A stretch of 64,000 bases of DNA from Porticoccaceae bacterium (lineage in GTDB: Bacteria > Pseudomonadota > Gammaproteobacteria > Pseudomonadales > Porticoccaceae). The DNA lies in contig JAYPYO010000003.1 in assembly GCA_038135995.1 (NCBI GenBank), positions 20,854 to 84,853 on the forward strand, read 5' to 3'. Numbering within the stretch: the stretch's first letter is position 1; each line of letters begins with the position of its first letter. Below the pieces are notes generated by a model. The model had not been told where the DNA came from and searched no databases. It saw nothing but the letters and a program-made list of their open reading frames with translations. The translations under genes were made by a program, and so were the position numbers. Positions 28,908-38,393 of this stretch are shown here, in pieces.

Positions 28908-29741
28908 TTAATTAATAAGTTTTATTTTACCTGGCTCAATAAGGATGCGTTTGCTCTTAAACAGACCGCCCAGCGCCTGTTTGTACTTTTTCTTCGACAC
29001 TTTAAATATCCGGTAAATCTCTTCAGGATCACTTTTGTCAGAAATCTGGGACTCACCTCCGGATTCAGTTAAATGCTGAATAATCTGCTCACCCAGATCA
29101 TGATCACCTTGCAATGTAGCCTGAGAAATCAACAGGTCGATCTTGCCATCTTTGCGAATACTTTTAACAAAGCCAGGCAGCCGCTCACCAATTTTAAGCG
29201 GGCGATAGGCGTCCGCGCGGAAAATAAGCCCCAGATACTTATTATCTATCACCGCTTTATAGCCCAGCTCAGTGCGCCCAGCGACCAACAGATTCACCGC
29301 CTGACGCGGCTTGAGCCATACACTTTCTTCATCTAGGTGATGGCTGAGCTTGGTCGAGGCGGCAATGCGATCTGAATTCTGATCATGGAATACATGGACC
29401 ACATAGGAATAGCCTACTTCCATAGGCTTCTGCTGCTCGTTGTACGGCACCAGCAGATCCTTGGGTAAACCCCAATCCATAAAAGCGCCGGCATGATTAA
29501 TATCGACCACAGTGAGCATCGCACAGTCACCGACCTGAACTTTAGGCTTTTCAGTTGTTGCTATCAGCAGGTCATCGGAATCGAAGTACAGAAACACATC
29601 AATCCAGTCGCCAAGTTCACAGCCTTGGGGCACATAGCGTTTAGGTAACAGGATAGTATCCAGTTCACCACCATCCATATAAACGCCAAACTCGACCTGC
29701 TTTACCACCTGAAGCTTGTTATATGTACCAATCTCTACCAT
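28908..29741 (-). CDS. cvfB: S1-domain RNA-binding protein, CvfB/YitL family
   Basis: IGTYNKLQVVK...FGVYMD, LLPKRYVP, GAFMDWGLPKDLLVP, DGKIDL, SDKSDPEEI...F.VSKK.YKQALGGL.K. Confidence 0.85.
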   Translation of the reverse strand: MVEIGTYNKLQVVKQVEFGVYMDGGELDTILLPKRYVPQGCELGDWIDVFLYFDSDDLLIATTEKPKVQVGDCAMLTVVDINHAGAFMDWGLPKDLLVPYNEQQKPMEVGYSYVVHVFHDQNSDRIAASTKLSHHLDEESVWLKPRQAVNLLVAGRTELGYKAVIDNKYLGLIFRADAYRPLKIGERLPGFVKSIRKDGKIDLLISQATLQGDHDLGEQIIQHLTESGGESQISDKSDPEEIYRIFKVSKKKYKQALGGLFKSKRILIEPGKIKLIN

Positions 29742-29854
29742 ATCTGTGACTCTCTATCGGGAATAGACTACTTTTGCAGTCGCTAGTGCCGGGCGGGAGT
29801 ATACAGCAGTCAGAGCGGGCGCGGCAGGTTAGTGCCGCGCCAAACAGATCTTAA

Positions 29855-30181
29855 CTAGATGGATTGATTGTTGTCAGAATGCTTGTGTTGAGGCTGTTGG
29901 GCAGAGGTCGATGCCATCTGCGCCTCAGCTTTTGCGGCCAGGGCCACCTCTACAGCGGCAACCACGTCGGATACAGTGGCAAATTCCTCTATTTCCTCAT
30001 CAGTAAACTCAATGGCATATTTATCTTCCAAGTCCATGCCGATAGAGAGCTTTTCCAGGGAGTCTATATTGAGATCTTTTAATGTCATGCTTAGATCAAC
30101 ATGGTTGGATTTTACGGCGGGATTTTTACTAATAAACTCGCAAACGGTTTTTTCAACCGCTGACTGATTGCTATCGTCCAT
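29855..30181 (-). CDS. Acyl carrier protein (stand-alone) with a C-terminal low-complexity tail
   Basis: DLNIDSLE phosphopantetheine-Ser motif, LEDKYAIEFTDEE...TVSDVV. Confidence 0.8.
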   Translation of the reverse strand: MDDSNQSAVEKTVCEFISKNPAVKSNHVDLSMTLKDLNIDSLEKLSIGMDLEDKYAIEFTDEEIEEFATVSDVVAAVEVALAAKAEAQMASTSAQQPQHKHSDNNQSI

Positions 30182-30378
30182 AATATGTAGTCTCTTATTG
30201 TATCTTTGTCAGAATCCTGATCCGTGCCTCTGCACATCAACTAATCGTTCAATTACCCGTTTAGTTTTAGAGTCGGACCAAATACGGCAATAACTGCCCC
30301 TGTAATCTAAAAGTAGTCTAGAATCTGGCTATTCGCAAAATAATAAGGCTTGTCAGCCTAACAATCAGGGATCGCTCA

Positions 30379-31587
30379 ATGAATATAATCTCGACGGCAG
30401 GCTTTAAAAACGTCTGGATTCTGAGTATCAGCAGCGCCCTCGCCGGCTCTATTATCCCACTGATGATTCTGGCTGGCAGTCTGGCCGGCACCTACCTGGC
30501 ACCCTCAGCGGACTGGGCTACAGCCCCTATTGCCCTTATGGTTACTGGTACTGCAGTGGCTGCTATACCGGTTACCCACCTAATGCGCAGCATGGGGCGC
30601 AAGAAAGGCTTACTGACCTTTATGATGATTGCCATAGGTGCCTGTGGCCTGGCGATTATGGCTCTCCAATTGCAAAGCTTTACCCTATTTTGCATAACCG
30701 CTTTTATACTGGGATCCTGCAACGCCGCCATATTGCAGTCCAGATTTGCCGCCATGGAAACTGTGGCTGTTGAACATAGCTCCACCGCAGCCTCAATGGT
30801 ATTGGCGAGCGGCATTATTGCTGCCTTTGTTGGTCCTGAGATGGCTATTATGGGCAGGCAATTCACGGCAGTAGAGTATCAGGGGTCATTTGCACTGGCA
30901 GCTCTCTGTGTACTGGTGGGCGCTCTGCTACTAAGCTTTTATAAGCCAGCGCCAGTGGCTGAAATCACCACAGAGGTAGCCAGTAAGGGCACAGTTCAGC
31001 TGCTGCGCAACCCCTCGCTTTGCCTGGCAATAGCTAGCGGCGCCATAGCCTATGTGGTTATGTCATTTGTGATGACCGGCACCCCCATTAGCATGCATCA
31101 TTTTCATGGTCATTCACTGATAGATACCAAGTGGGTGATCCAGAGCCATATAGCCGCTATGTTTTTGCCTTCTTTTATAGCGCCACTACTATTTAGATAT
31201 ATCAATACTCGGGGCATGATGCTGATGGGCCTGGCCTGCTACTGCGCCACTATTGTGATCGGCTTTAGCGATACCAGTGTCAGTGGGTTTTGGCTGCAAC
31301 TGGTGCTGCTGGGGGTTGGCTGGAACTTTATGTTTGTGGCCGGCACTACACTTCTACCCAGCACTCACAGCAAGGAAGATCGATTCAAGGCTCAGGGCAT
31401 CAACGATTTTATGGTTTTTTCTCTGCAAGCAGCAGCTGCACTAAGTGCGGGCTGGGTGATTAATCTAATCAGCTGGCAGCAAATGCTGTTTGGCTGCCTG
31501 ATTCCAATCCTGATTATGCTGTTAATACTTCTGTGGGAGAGCGTGCAAGTGCGCACCAATAACCGCAACACTCAAGCCGAAAGCTGA
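30379..31587 (+). CDS. MFS transporter (RfnT-like family)
   Basis: About 12 TM segments; QSRFAA.E, AAFVGP, FVMTGTPISM, IQSHIAAMFLPSF, LLGVGWNFMF, KAQGINDF. Confidence 0.85.
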   Translation: MNIISTAGFKNVWILSISSALAGSIIPLMILAGSLAGTYLAPSADWATAPIALMVTGTAVAAIPVTHLMRSMGRKKGLLTFMMIAIGACGLAIMALQLQSFTLFCITAFILGSCNAAILQSRFAAMETVAVEHSSTAASMVLASGIIAAFVGPEMAIMGRQFTAVEYQGSFALAALCVLVGALLLSFYKPAPVAEITTEVASKGTVQLLRNPSLCLAIASGAIAYVVMSFVMTGTPISMHHFHGHSLIDTKWVIQSHIAAMFLPSFIAPLLFRYINTRGMMLMGLACYCATIVIGFSDTSVSGFWLQLVLLGVGWNFMFVAGTTLLPSTHSKEDRFKAQGINDFMVFSLQAAAALSAGWVINLISWQQMLFGCLIPILIMLLILLWESVQVRTNNRNTQAES

Positions 31588-31608
31588 GCCCGAGACTGAG
31601 CCACAGCC

Positions 31609-31962
31609 CTAGCCACGATAAATACAGCCGCTGGTGCAGGTCTCTTTAATAGTGATACTAGCCAGCTCGGGCAACCCGGGTTTAAGTTGCTGCCATATCC
31701 ACATGGCGAGATTTTCACTGGTGGGGTTTTCCAGGCCTTCGATATCATTGAGGTAATGGTGGTCCAGCTGATCATAAACCGGGGCAAATGCCGCCTTGAT
31801 CTCACCAAAATCCATGATCCAGCCAGATTGCTCTCCCACAGGACCCTCCACCGCAATTCTCACCTGAAATGAGTGCCCATGGAGCCGGGCACATTTATGG
31901 CCCTCGGGCACATTGGGCAGCCGATGAGCCGCCTCGATACTAAAGTCTTTATAAATCTGCAT
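31609..31962 (-). CDS. queD: 6-carboxy-5,6,7,8-tetrahydropterin synthase
   Basis: EAAHRLP...[32 protein letters not shown]. Likely ATG at 31962. Confidence 0.93.
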   Translation of the reverse strand: MQIYKDFSIEAAHRLPNVPEGHKCARLHGHSFQVRIAVEGPVGEQSGWIMDFGEIKAAFAPVYDQLDHHYLNDIEGLENPTSENLAMWIWQQLKPGLPELASITIKETCTSGCIYRG

Positions 31963-32039
31963 TTTTGCGTGAAAAACCCTCAAATAAGGCCGGTATATTA
32001 GGGCTGTGAACTCAATATGTATATAGCATGAGAAAAAGT

Positions 32040-32067
32040 TTGACAGCCTCCTTCAGTTCGGTAGAAT
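32040..32067 (+). promoter_or_regulatory. Sigma70 promoter of the tRNA operon
   Basis: TTGACA-N16-TAGAAT followed by the GC-rich discriminator GCGTCGC. Confidence 0.7.
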
Positions 32068-32083
32068 GCGTCGCTCTCTCAGG

Positions 32084-32159
32084 GGGTGGTTAGCTCAGCT
32101 GGTAGAGCATCGCCCTTACAAGGCGAGGGTCACAGGTTCAATCCCTGTACCACCCACCA
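32084..32159 (+). tRNA. tRNA-Val (TAC)
   Basis: 76 nt; acceptor GGGTGGT/ACCACCC, anticodon arm TCGCC-CTTACAA-GGCGA, T-loop GGTTCAATCC, encoded CCA. Confidence 0.97.
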
Positions 32160-32176
32160 AGAGAAAAAGCTTTCGC

Positions 32177-32253
32177 GGACCGGTAGTTCAGCTGGTTAGA
32201 ATGCCGGCCTGTCACGCCGGAGGTCGCGGGTTCGAGTCCCGTCCGGTCCGCCA
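32177..32253 (+). tRNA. tRNA-Asp (GTC)
   Basis: 77 nt; acceptor GGACCGG/CCGGTCC, anticodon arm CCGGC-CTGTCAC-GCCGG, GGTTCGAGTCC, encoded CCA. Confidence 0.97.
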
Positions 32254-32266
32254 TTTAGCTCCCATC

Positions 32267-32293
32267 AAACCTCTGTTTTTACAGAGGTTTTTT
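32267..32293 (+). terminator. Intrinsic terminator of the tRNA operon (possibly bidirectional)
   Basis: AAACCTCTGT-TTTT-ACAGAGGTTT followed by TTT. Confidence 0.8.
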
Positions 32294-32388
32294 GTTTACG
32301 CAAAAAATAACAGCAGCTGTGTGAGCTGTCCCCTAGCTAAACTACAAGAAGCTCCGTTAATGGGCCTTTAATTCCTAACAGTAGAACC

Positions 32389-33282
32389 CTAGGGCACCTC
32401 ACGACCATTGGCTGCCTCATAGAGCTCATACCAAGACTGCCTGTCAAGTTGCACTGATAAAGCCTCAGAGAACATCTTTATTCTGTCAATCCTATTGCTA
32501 CCCATTATGGGCAGTATCTGGCTCGGATGTTTTAGCAACCAAGCTATAGCCAGAGACGAGGGCTGCACGGCATAAGCCTGAGACATTTCCCTGAGTTTGT
32601 CAGCCAGCCTTAGATTGTTATTGTCAAATACCTCACCCCCCGCTAAAGGGGACCAGGCCATAGGAATTATTTTCTCGCGCTGTAAATAGGACAAATCGCC
32701 ATTGGTCAACGGGGCATTATTGTGCAGATTGATTTCGATCTGGTTGCAGACCAGCTTGTTTTTCATATTGGCTTGCAGCAATGCCAGGTCGAAGGGCCGG
32801 AAGTTAGAAACGCCCAGCGCCTTAACCTTGCCGCTCTGAACCAATGCATCGAGCGCAGCTCCGGTCTCCGCTGCATTCATTAATGGATCAGGACGATGCA
32901 GTAGTAAAACATCTATCTGCTCTATAGCCATCTCTCGCAAAGAGCGATCAACAGACTGTTGGATATGGGCACTAGATGAATCGTAGTATTTTAATCTGCG
33001 ATCAGCATAAATACCGGCAGGTGCGACAATGTTACATTTAGTAATTATCTCCATCTGCGCGCGCAACTCTGGAGCCTGCTTTAAGGCACTACCAAACAGA
33101 GCTTCTGAGGTGTAGCCGCCATAGATGTCTGCCTGATCAAAGCTTGTGATCCCCTGCTCCAGGCAGGCATCAATTTTTGCAATTATATGTGAGGCCGATC
33201 TATCCGTATCCTCGGTTAGCCTCCACAAACCATAGATAATTCTGGATAGAGTGACGGATTCAGATAAAGCGATTTCTTCCAT
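32389..33282 (-). CDS. Aldo/keto reductase (YdhF-like)
   Basis: LSRIIYGLWR, FDQADIYGGY..E, IITKC, DVLLLHRPD, GVSNF, PMAWSPLAGG. Likely ATG at 33282. Confidence 0.9.
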   Translation of the reverse strand: MEEIALSESVTLSRIIYGLWRLTEDTDRSASHIIAKIDACLEQGITSFDQADIYGGYTSEALFGSALKQAPELRAQMEIITKCNIVAPAGIYADRRLKYYDSSSAHIQQSVDRSLREMAIEQIDVLLLHRPDPLMNAAETGAALDALVQSGKVKALGVSNFRPFDLALLQANMKNKLVCNQIEINLHNNAPLTNGDLSYLQREKIIPMAWSPLAGGEVFDNNNLRLADKLREMSQAYAVQPSSLAIAWLLKHPSQILPIMGSNRIDRIKMFSEALSVQLDRQSWYELYEAANGREVP

Positions 33283-33458
33283 AATTATAAGGCTTCTCAA
33301 TAAATGTATACTGTTCGGCAAATCATACAGCTTTAGATGGGTATTACTCGATAGTTTAATGCGCAATCACCCCATTAAAATCTTCTTGCTTTGCTCTCCC
33401 AGAAATATGATCACTGAACAACAGTTTAAAATTGTTGGATAAAAAATAGCTGCAAATC

Positions 33459-33548
33459 TAGCGACAACCATAAATCAGCGGCAAAGATTTATTTTTATTT
33501 CAACAGAACATTAATCAAAATAGGTCACGACCTTGAGAAAAGTAACCA
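33459..33548 (+). repeat. Copy 1 of a 90-nt direct repeat (upstream of the VOC gene)
   Basis: Block A 33459-33494 matches 34471-34506 at 33/36 nt. Block B 33521-33548 matches 34533-34560 at 25/28 nt. Both copies have a 26-nt spacer. Confidence 0.85.
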
Positions 33549-33571
33549 AAAAGCTTTTGCGGACCATCTAG

Positions 33572-34372
33572 ATGCCCATGCTCAACGCCCAATTTGACCA
33601 CATAGTGGTCTTTGTCGCCGACCTCAACAGAGCCTCTGCGGATTTTACTGCGCTCGGCTTTCAAGTCACTCCCGGCGGCTCTCACGGCATCACTGAAAAC
33701 GCTCTAGTGATCTTTTCCAATCAAACCTATATCGAACTATTGGCTCTGCGGCCGAGCTGGTATAGGCCGTTAATCAAGTTGGCAATAAAACTCAATTTTG
33801 TGCAGCGGCATGCGCAGAAGAAAACCACTATCTACAGCAGACTTTTCGGCTGGATCTGTGGCGATACCGGGCCAGTTGACTGGTGTGCACGGGTAAATGA
33901 TCTTGATGCCAGCCTTACACTATGGGACAACCAGGATATTGAAGTTTTGCACAGCGAGGCATTTTCGCGCGAGCGGACCGATGGCGAAGTCGCACAATGG
34001 AAACTGGGCGGCAGCAGACAGGCTGACCTACCCTTTTTACTGCAGGATACAACCCCTATTGATACTCGCATTCCTATGTTGGGCACAGCTAAACATGCCA
34101 ATGGCGCGCAGGCTTTAATCGCAGTTAAGATTGCGATCAGCGACATTGCAGCTATCGGCAATACACTGGGGAAAGCACTTTCAGCCGACACTGGGCAAAA
34201 CGGTAAGGCCGAGGGACAATTTAGTCTCGGCAATGTAGCTGTGAGCCTTGCTGATATGCAGACTACTGACTCCAAAATCTCCATCAGCCTTGCCTATTCG
34301 GGAGAGCAAATCCAACATCTGGATATCAGCAAAACTCAGGGCATAAAAATCACCCTGATACCAACTCCTTAA
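33572..34372 (+). CDS. VOC / glyoxalase-like (Glyoxalase_3) family protein
   Basis: FDHIVVFV.DL..A...F..LGF.VTPGGSH...TENALVIF...TYIELL; LPFLLQD; HANGA. Confidence 0.82.
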   Translation: MPMLNAQFDHIVVFVADLNRASADFTALGFQVTPGGSHGITENALVIFSNQTYIELLALRPSWYRPLIKLAIKLNFVQRHAQKKTTIYSRLFGWICGDTGPVDWCARVNDLDASLTLWDNQDIEVLHSEAFSRERTDGEVAQWKLGGSRQADLPFLLQDTTPIDTRIPMLGTAKHANGAQALIAVKIAISDIAAIGNTLGKALSADTGQNGKAEGQFSLGNVAVSLADMQTTDSKISISLAYSGEQIQHLDISKTQGIKITLIPTP

Positions 34373-34470
34373 AGGCGATGCTCCAGGACACAGCCATGCT
34401 AATTAAACCCTAGGTTCAATGTCTGCGCTTAGCGGGTCACGATTTGCCGGGTAAAAGTTAGCAGCATGGG

Positions 34471-34560
34471 TAGCGACAACCATAGATCACAGGCAAAGAT
34501 TTATTTACACTGAGTCAGTAGTGTATTTTATATAGGGTACGATCTTGAGAAAAGTAACCA
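34471..34560 (+). repeat. Copy 2 of the 90-nt direct repeat (upstream region and first codons of the halogenase)
   Basis: Matches 33459-33548 and ends in the halogenase start TTG AGA AAA GTA ACC A. Confidence 0.85.
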
Positions 34561-36161
34561 TTATTGGAGGAGGCTCGGCTGGCTGGATGGCCGCAGCCTA
34601 TTTAAACGGAGCACTTAACAAGCGAGGACTGGACCCCAAAGTCCATATTACGCTGGTTGAGTCTCCAGATATTCCGCGAATTTCCGTCGGTGAGGCCACT
34701 ATTCCCTCGATGAGACATCTACTCGCTGTAGTAGGTGTCGACGAGCAGGATTTTATGCGCACCACAGATGCCTCTTTTAAGCAGTCGATCAAATATGTCA
34801 ACTGGGTTAAAAATAACGATACCTTTTATCATCATCCGTTTAGCCGCTATTCCCAGTATCCCATTGATAACTCGGGCTCCGAATGGGCTGCCAGTGATCG
34901 CAGCATTCCCTACATGGAAACAGTTTCGGCTCAACCTATTATCTGCGAGATGGGCAGAGCACCACTAGCCCTGGGACAAAAGGGCGCAAATAGCGAACTC
35001 AATTACGCATATCACATGAATGCACAGAAATTTGCCGATTACTTGCGAGACTTCTCCACTGCCCGGGGTGTAGTCCATATTGAGGCTAATCTCAGCCAAG
35101 TTAAAATGCGTGACAATGGTTTTATTGATTCTGTAGTCCTAGATAACGAGCAGGTTTTAGATGGTGATCTATTTGTTGACTGTACCGGTTTCCGCGCAAA
35201 ACTGATTGGCGAGGCAGCCGGTGTTGATGTGGAAGATTGCTCACAATGGCTGCTCTGTGACCGGGCCGTGACTATGCATGTCCCCTATGAGACGCACTAC
35301 CCTGGCATGGTGCGCCCCTATACCACCGCCACAGCTCTGTCCAACGGCTGGATCTGGGATATTCCCATGCAGTCACAGCGCTCAATTGGCTATGTGCACT
35401 CAAGTCACTTCATCTCCTCGGAAGATGCTGAGAAGGAAATGCGCGCCTATCAGGGAGCAGACACCGAGCAACTCAATAGCCGGCATATCAAGTTCTCTGT
35501 GGAGCGCCGACGACAAACCTGGCAGGGAAACTGCGTTGCCATTGGACTATCCGGAGGATTTATTGAACCACTGGAGTCCACCGGCCTATACCTCAGCGAC
35601 CTGGGTGCCGTAGCTCTGGCCGAGCACTTTCCGTTCGACGATGCCCATATGGAGGCCATGTCTTATCGCTATAACCGGGTTATGTCCAATCGCTTTTATG
35701 AAATTCTCGACTTTATCAATATGCACTACTGCCTGACTCAGAGAACCGATACCGACTTCTGGCTTGAGGTACAAAAGCCCGAACATATCAATGATCGGCT
35801 AAAGGCCAAACTGGAATACTGGGCCATGAAATTGCCGACGCCACTGGATTTTGAGGATCAATGTTTTTCAGGATTGACTTCCAACACGGCCAGCCCACTC
35901 TTCAACAGCGGCCCAGTGGATACAGCAGGGTTATGGAATCATGAAAGTTATTTATGTATCCTGCATGGAATGGGGTTTCAGCAGGCAGAATATGCGCAGA
36001 AAAATACCATCAATAAAGCGCAGCCACAGATTTTCCGTCGCGTGATTGAGCGGCTCCAGGAGGGTCAAAAAACACTGCCACCCCACGCCATCTGGCTCCA
36101 GAATAACGTGGGCATGAAAACCTATCAAACAGCTAGTACACCAGCAGGATGGCGCTGCTAG
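34545..36161 (+). CDS. Flavin-dependent (tryptophan halogenase-family) halogenase
   Basis: GGGSAG, VGEATIP, catalytic-Lys context DASFKQSI, VDCTGF, WIWDIP (WxWxIP), FIEPLESTG. TTG start. Confidence 0.9.
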   Translation: MRKVTIIGGGSAGWMAAAYLNGALNKRGLDPKVHITLVESPDIPRISVGEATIPSMRHLLAVVGVDEQDFMRTTDASFKQSIKYVNWVKNNDTFYHHPFSRYSQYPIDNSGSEWAASDRSIPYMETVSAQPIICEMGRAPLALGQKGANSELNYAYHMNAQKFADYLRDFSTARGVVHIEANLSQVKMRDNGFIDSVVLDNEQVLDGDLFVDCTGFRAKLIGEAAGVDVEDCSQWLLCDRAVTMHVPYETHYPGMVRPYTTATALSNGWIWDIPMQSQRSIGYVHSSHFISSEDAEKEMRAYQGADTEQLNSRHIKFSVERRRQTWQGNCVAIGLSGGFIEPLESTGLYLSDLGAVALAEHFPFDDAHMEAMSYRYNRVMSNRFYEILDFINMHYCLTQRTDTDFWLEVQKPEHINDRLKAKLEYWAMKLPTPLDFEDQCFSGLTSNTASPLFNSGPVDTAGLWNHESYLCILHGMGFQQAEYAQKNTINKAQPQIFRRVIERLQEGQKTLPPHAIWLQNNVGMKTYQTASTPAGWRC

Positions 36162-36189
36162 CACTTTAAAGACCGTGAGGGGAAGAGGA

Positions 36190-38172
36190 ATGTTAAAGAC
36201 CATAGCAATAAAACTAATCATAGCGCTGTCATTATTAGCGCCAAATATCTATGCCAACGAACAGACTCCGCTGCGTCACTTTGCCGAATTTAGCACTTGG
36301 AGCTCGATCAAGATCAGCCCCGACGGCAGCTATCTGGCAGGTATAGTGGACACCGATAGCGGGCTTGGCGGCTCAAAACTCATGGTGATAGATACAAAAA
36401 CCATGGAGAACTTACATCAGATAACTATTGGCGGATCTGGGTTTATAGGGAGTTTTGTCTGGGCTAATAATGAGCGGCTGATTGCCTGGGAAGCAGTTAA
36501 GTCAGGAATTCAGGAAATCCCCTTCTCGACCGGAAATATTATTGCCGTCAACATGGACGGCACCAAAAAGCGTTGGATTTATGGAGCCGGCAAGAAACAA
36601 CAGAGCCATCTGCGCCGCTTCTCGTCTCGCGTCAGCGCTTCGGTTGCCCATAGATTACCGGAAGACGATCGTAATGTTTTGATGGAAGTCTACACCTGGG
36701 GATCGAAGGATGGTGCATACACGCGACTGGTTAAACTAAATATTTATAATGGCCGAGAAACCTCTCTGGGTTCATCGCCCATTAAGAATGCATCACTGAT
36801 GGTTGACCCCGATGGAGACTTACGGTTTGCCTATGGGTATGACATCGATGATGAAGAGGCATGGAAACTATTTCAGCGGCAAGGAGAAAGTTGGAAGCTT
36901 CTATCCAGAACGGACGAGTATAAGGGAACGTCAATACCCCAAGCATTTGTCCCAAACGAAGAAGCTATCATAATAAAAGATAATATCGAAACTGACACCG
37001 CAGCCCTGTATCACCTCAATTTGAAGAGTGGCGAGAAGACATTACTTTACAAGCATCCCTATGTAGATGTTGCTGACCTAGAGATGGACTTTATAGAGGG
37101 ATCTGGTGATACCAAAGCTTACCTGGCCGGCGTCTGGGTAGAGCCCGACTATAAGACCTTTATTCCACTATCGGACGAAAGCGAGCACAACCGCATGCTA
37201 TTGGCCCTACAGGCACAATTCCCAGAGCATGTTGTAGAGATCACATCAGAGACCTCAGCGAAAGATCTTGATCGCGAACTCGCCGTGGTGTCTGTATGGA
37301 GCGATAAACTTCCAGGCATGTATCTCTTATTCGACAAAACCAATAAAAAGTTATCTCGTATTCGCCAGGCTCATTCTTTTATCGATTCAAACAAGATGCG
37401 GCCAATGGAGCCCTACAAAATCACTGTGCGTGACGGTAAAACCATTTATGGGTATCTGACTCGCCCAGAGGGTGAAGGTCCCTTCCCTCTGATTATGCAC
37501 CCCCATGGCGGCCCCTATGGCCCCAGAGATCGATGGGGATATAACTCAGAAGTGCAAATGCTTGCCAGTCGTGGCTATGCCGTGCTGCAGGTTAATTTTC
37601 GCGGCTCTGGCGGCTATGGCAAAGATTTTATGTACTCAGCATTTCAGCAGTGGGCCGGAGAAATGCAGGACGATCTGACAGATTCCGTGCGATGGGCTAT
37701 TGATTCTGGCATTGCCGAAGAGGGGCGAGTCTGCATCTACGGTGCCTCTTATGGAGGCTATTCGGCACTGATGAGTGCAGTGAAAGAGCCGGATCTCTAT
37801 GCATGCACAGCAGGTTACGTGGGCGTCTACGATCTTGAGCTTATGACTAAAAAGGGTGATATTCAACGCCGGGATGAAGGCCTCGACTATATTAATGAGG
37901 CTATTTGCGACACCCCTGCATCCTGTAAAGCAGGCTCGCCAATCACCTACCTGGATCGCCTGAAAGCGGATGTCATGATTATTCACGGTAAAGATGACCA
38001 GCGGGTACCCTTTGCCCATGCAGAGGTACTGCGCGATGAATTGGATAAACGCGACATTGACTACGAGTGGCTGGTTAAAGCCAAAGAAGGGCACGGTTTT
38101 GTCAATGTGGACAATAGAGAAGAGTTATATAAGAAGCTGCTGGCGTTTTTTGATAGAAATATTGGCTCTTAA
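36190..38172 (+). CDS. Secreted S9-family (prolyl oligopeptidase-like) peptidase
   Basis: Signal peptide, beta-propeller region, HPHGGPYG, QVNFRGS.GYG, nucleophile GASYGGY, HGKDDQRV, EGHGF. Confidence 0.9.
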   Translation: MLKTIAIKLIIALSLLAPNIYANEQTPLRHFAEFSTWSSIKISPDGSYLAGIVDTDSGLGGSKLMVIDTKTMENLHQITIGGSGFIGSFVWANNERLIAWEAVKSGIQEIPFSTGNIIAVNMDGTKKRWIYGAGKKQQSHLRRFSSRVSASVAHRLPEDDRNVLMEVYTWGSKDGAYTRLVKLNIYNGRETSLGSSPIKNASLMVDPDGDLRFAYGYDIDDEEAWKLFQRQGESWKLLSRTDEYKGTSIPQAFVPNEEAIIIKDNIETDTAALYHLNLKSGEKTLLYKHPYVDVADLEMDFIEGSGDTKAYLAGVWVEPDYKTFIPLSDESEHNRMLLALQAQFPEHVVEITSETSAKDLDRELAVVSVWSDKLPGMYLLFDKTNKKLSRIRQAHSFIDSNKMRPMEPYKITVRDGKTIYGYLTRPEGEGPFPLIMHPHGGPYGPRDRWGYNSEVQMLASRGYAVLQVNFRGSGGYGKDFMYSAFQQWAGEMQDDLTDSVRWAIDSGIAEEGRVCIYGASYGGYSALMSAVKEPDLYACTAGYVGVYDLELMTKKGDIQRRDEGLDYINEAICDTPASCKAGSPITYLDRLKADVMIIHGKDDQRVPFAHAEVLRDELDKRDIDYEWLVKAKEGHGFVNVDNREELYKKLLAFFDRNIGS

Positions 38173-38191
38173 CTGAGCCAATAATCTTATA

Positions 38192-38220
38192 TTGACCTGT
38201 TTTTTTTGCAGGGATATACT
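38192..38220 (+). promoter_or_regulatory. Sigma70 promoter upstream of the TonB-dependent receptor
   Basis: TTGACC-N17-TATACT. Confidence 0.65.
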
Positions 38221-38393
38221 CGAAGGGCGAGAAGATTTACTGGAGTATTTCTTTAAGGCTAAGCGCAAGATAATAATACATCTTTTTAATCAATTAAACC
38301 GCAGTTAAGACAAGGATGCAGCGACCCACAGTCAACTCTGAGAAAGAGAGCTGCGCGTTGGTCAATGAAGCTGTGGGTGGGGAGATAAACCAA

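Noticed and set aside
32066-32371. 101-aa ORF
   Set aside because: It lies over two canonical tRNA genes and their terminator.
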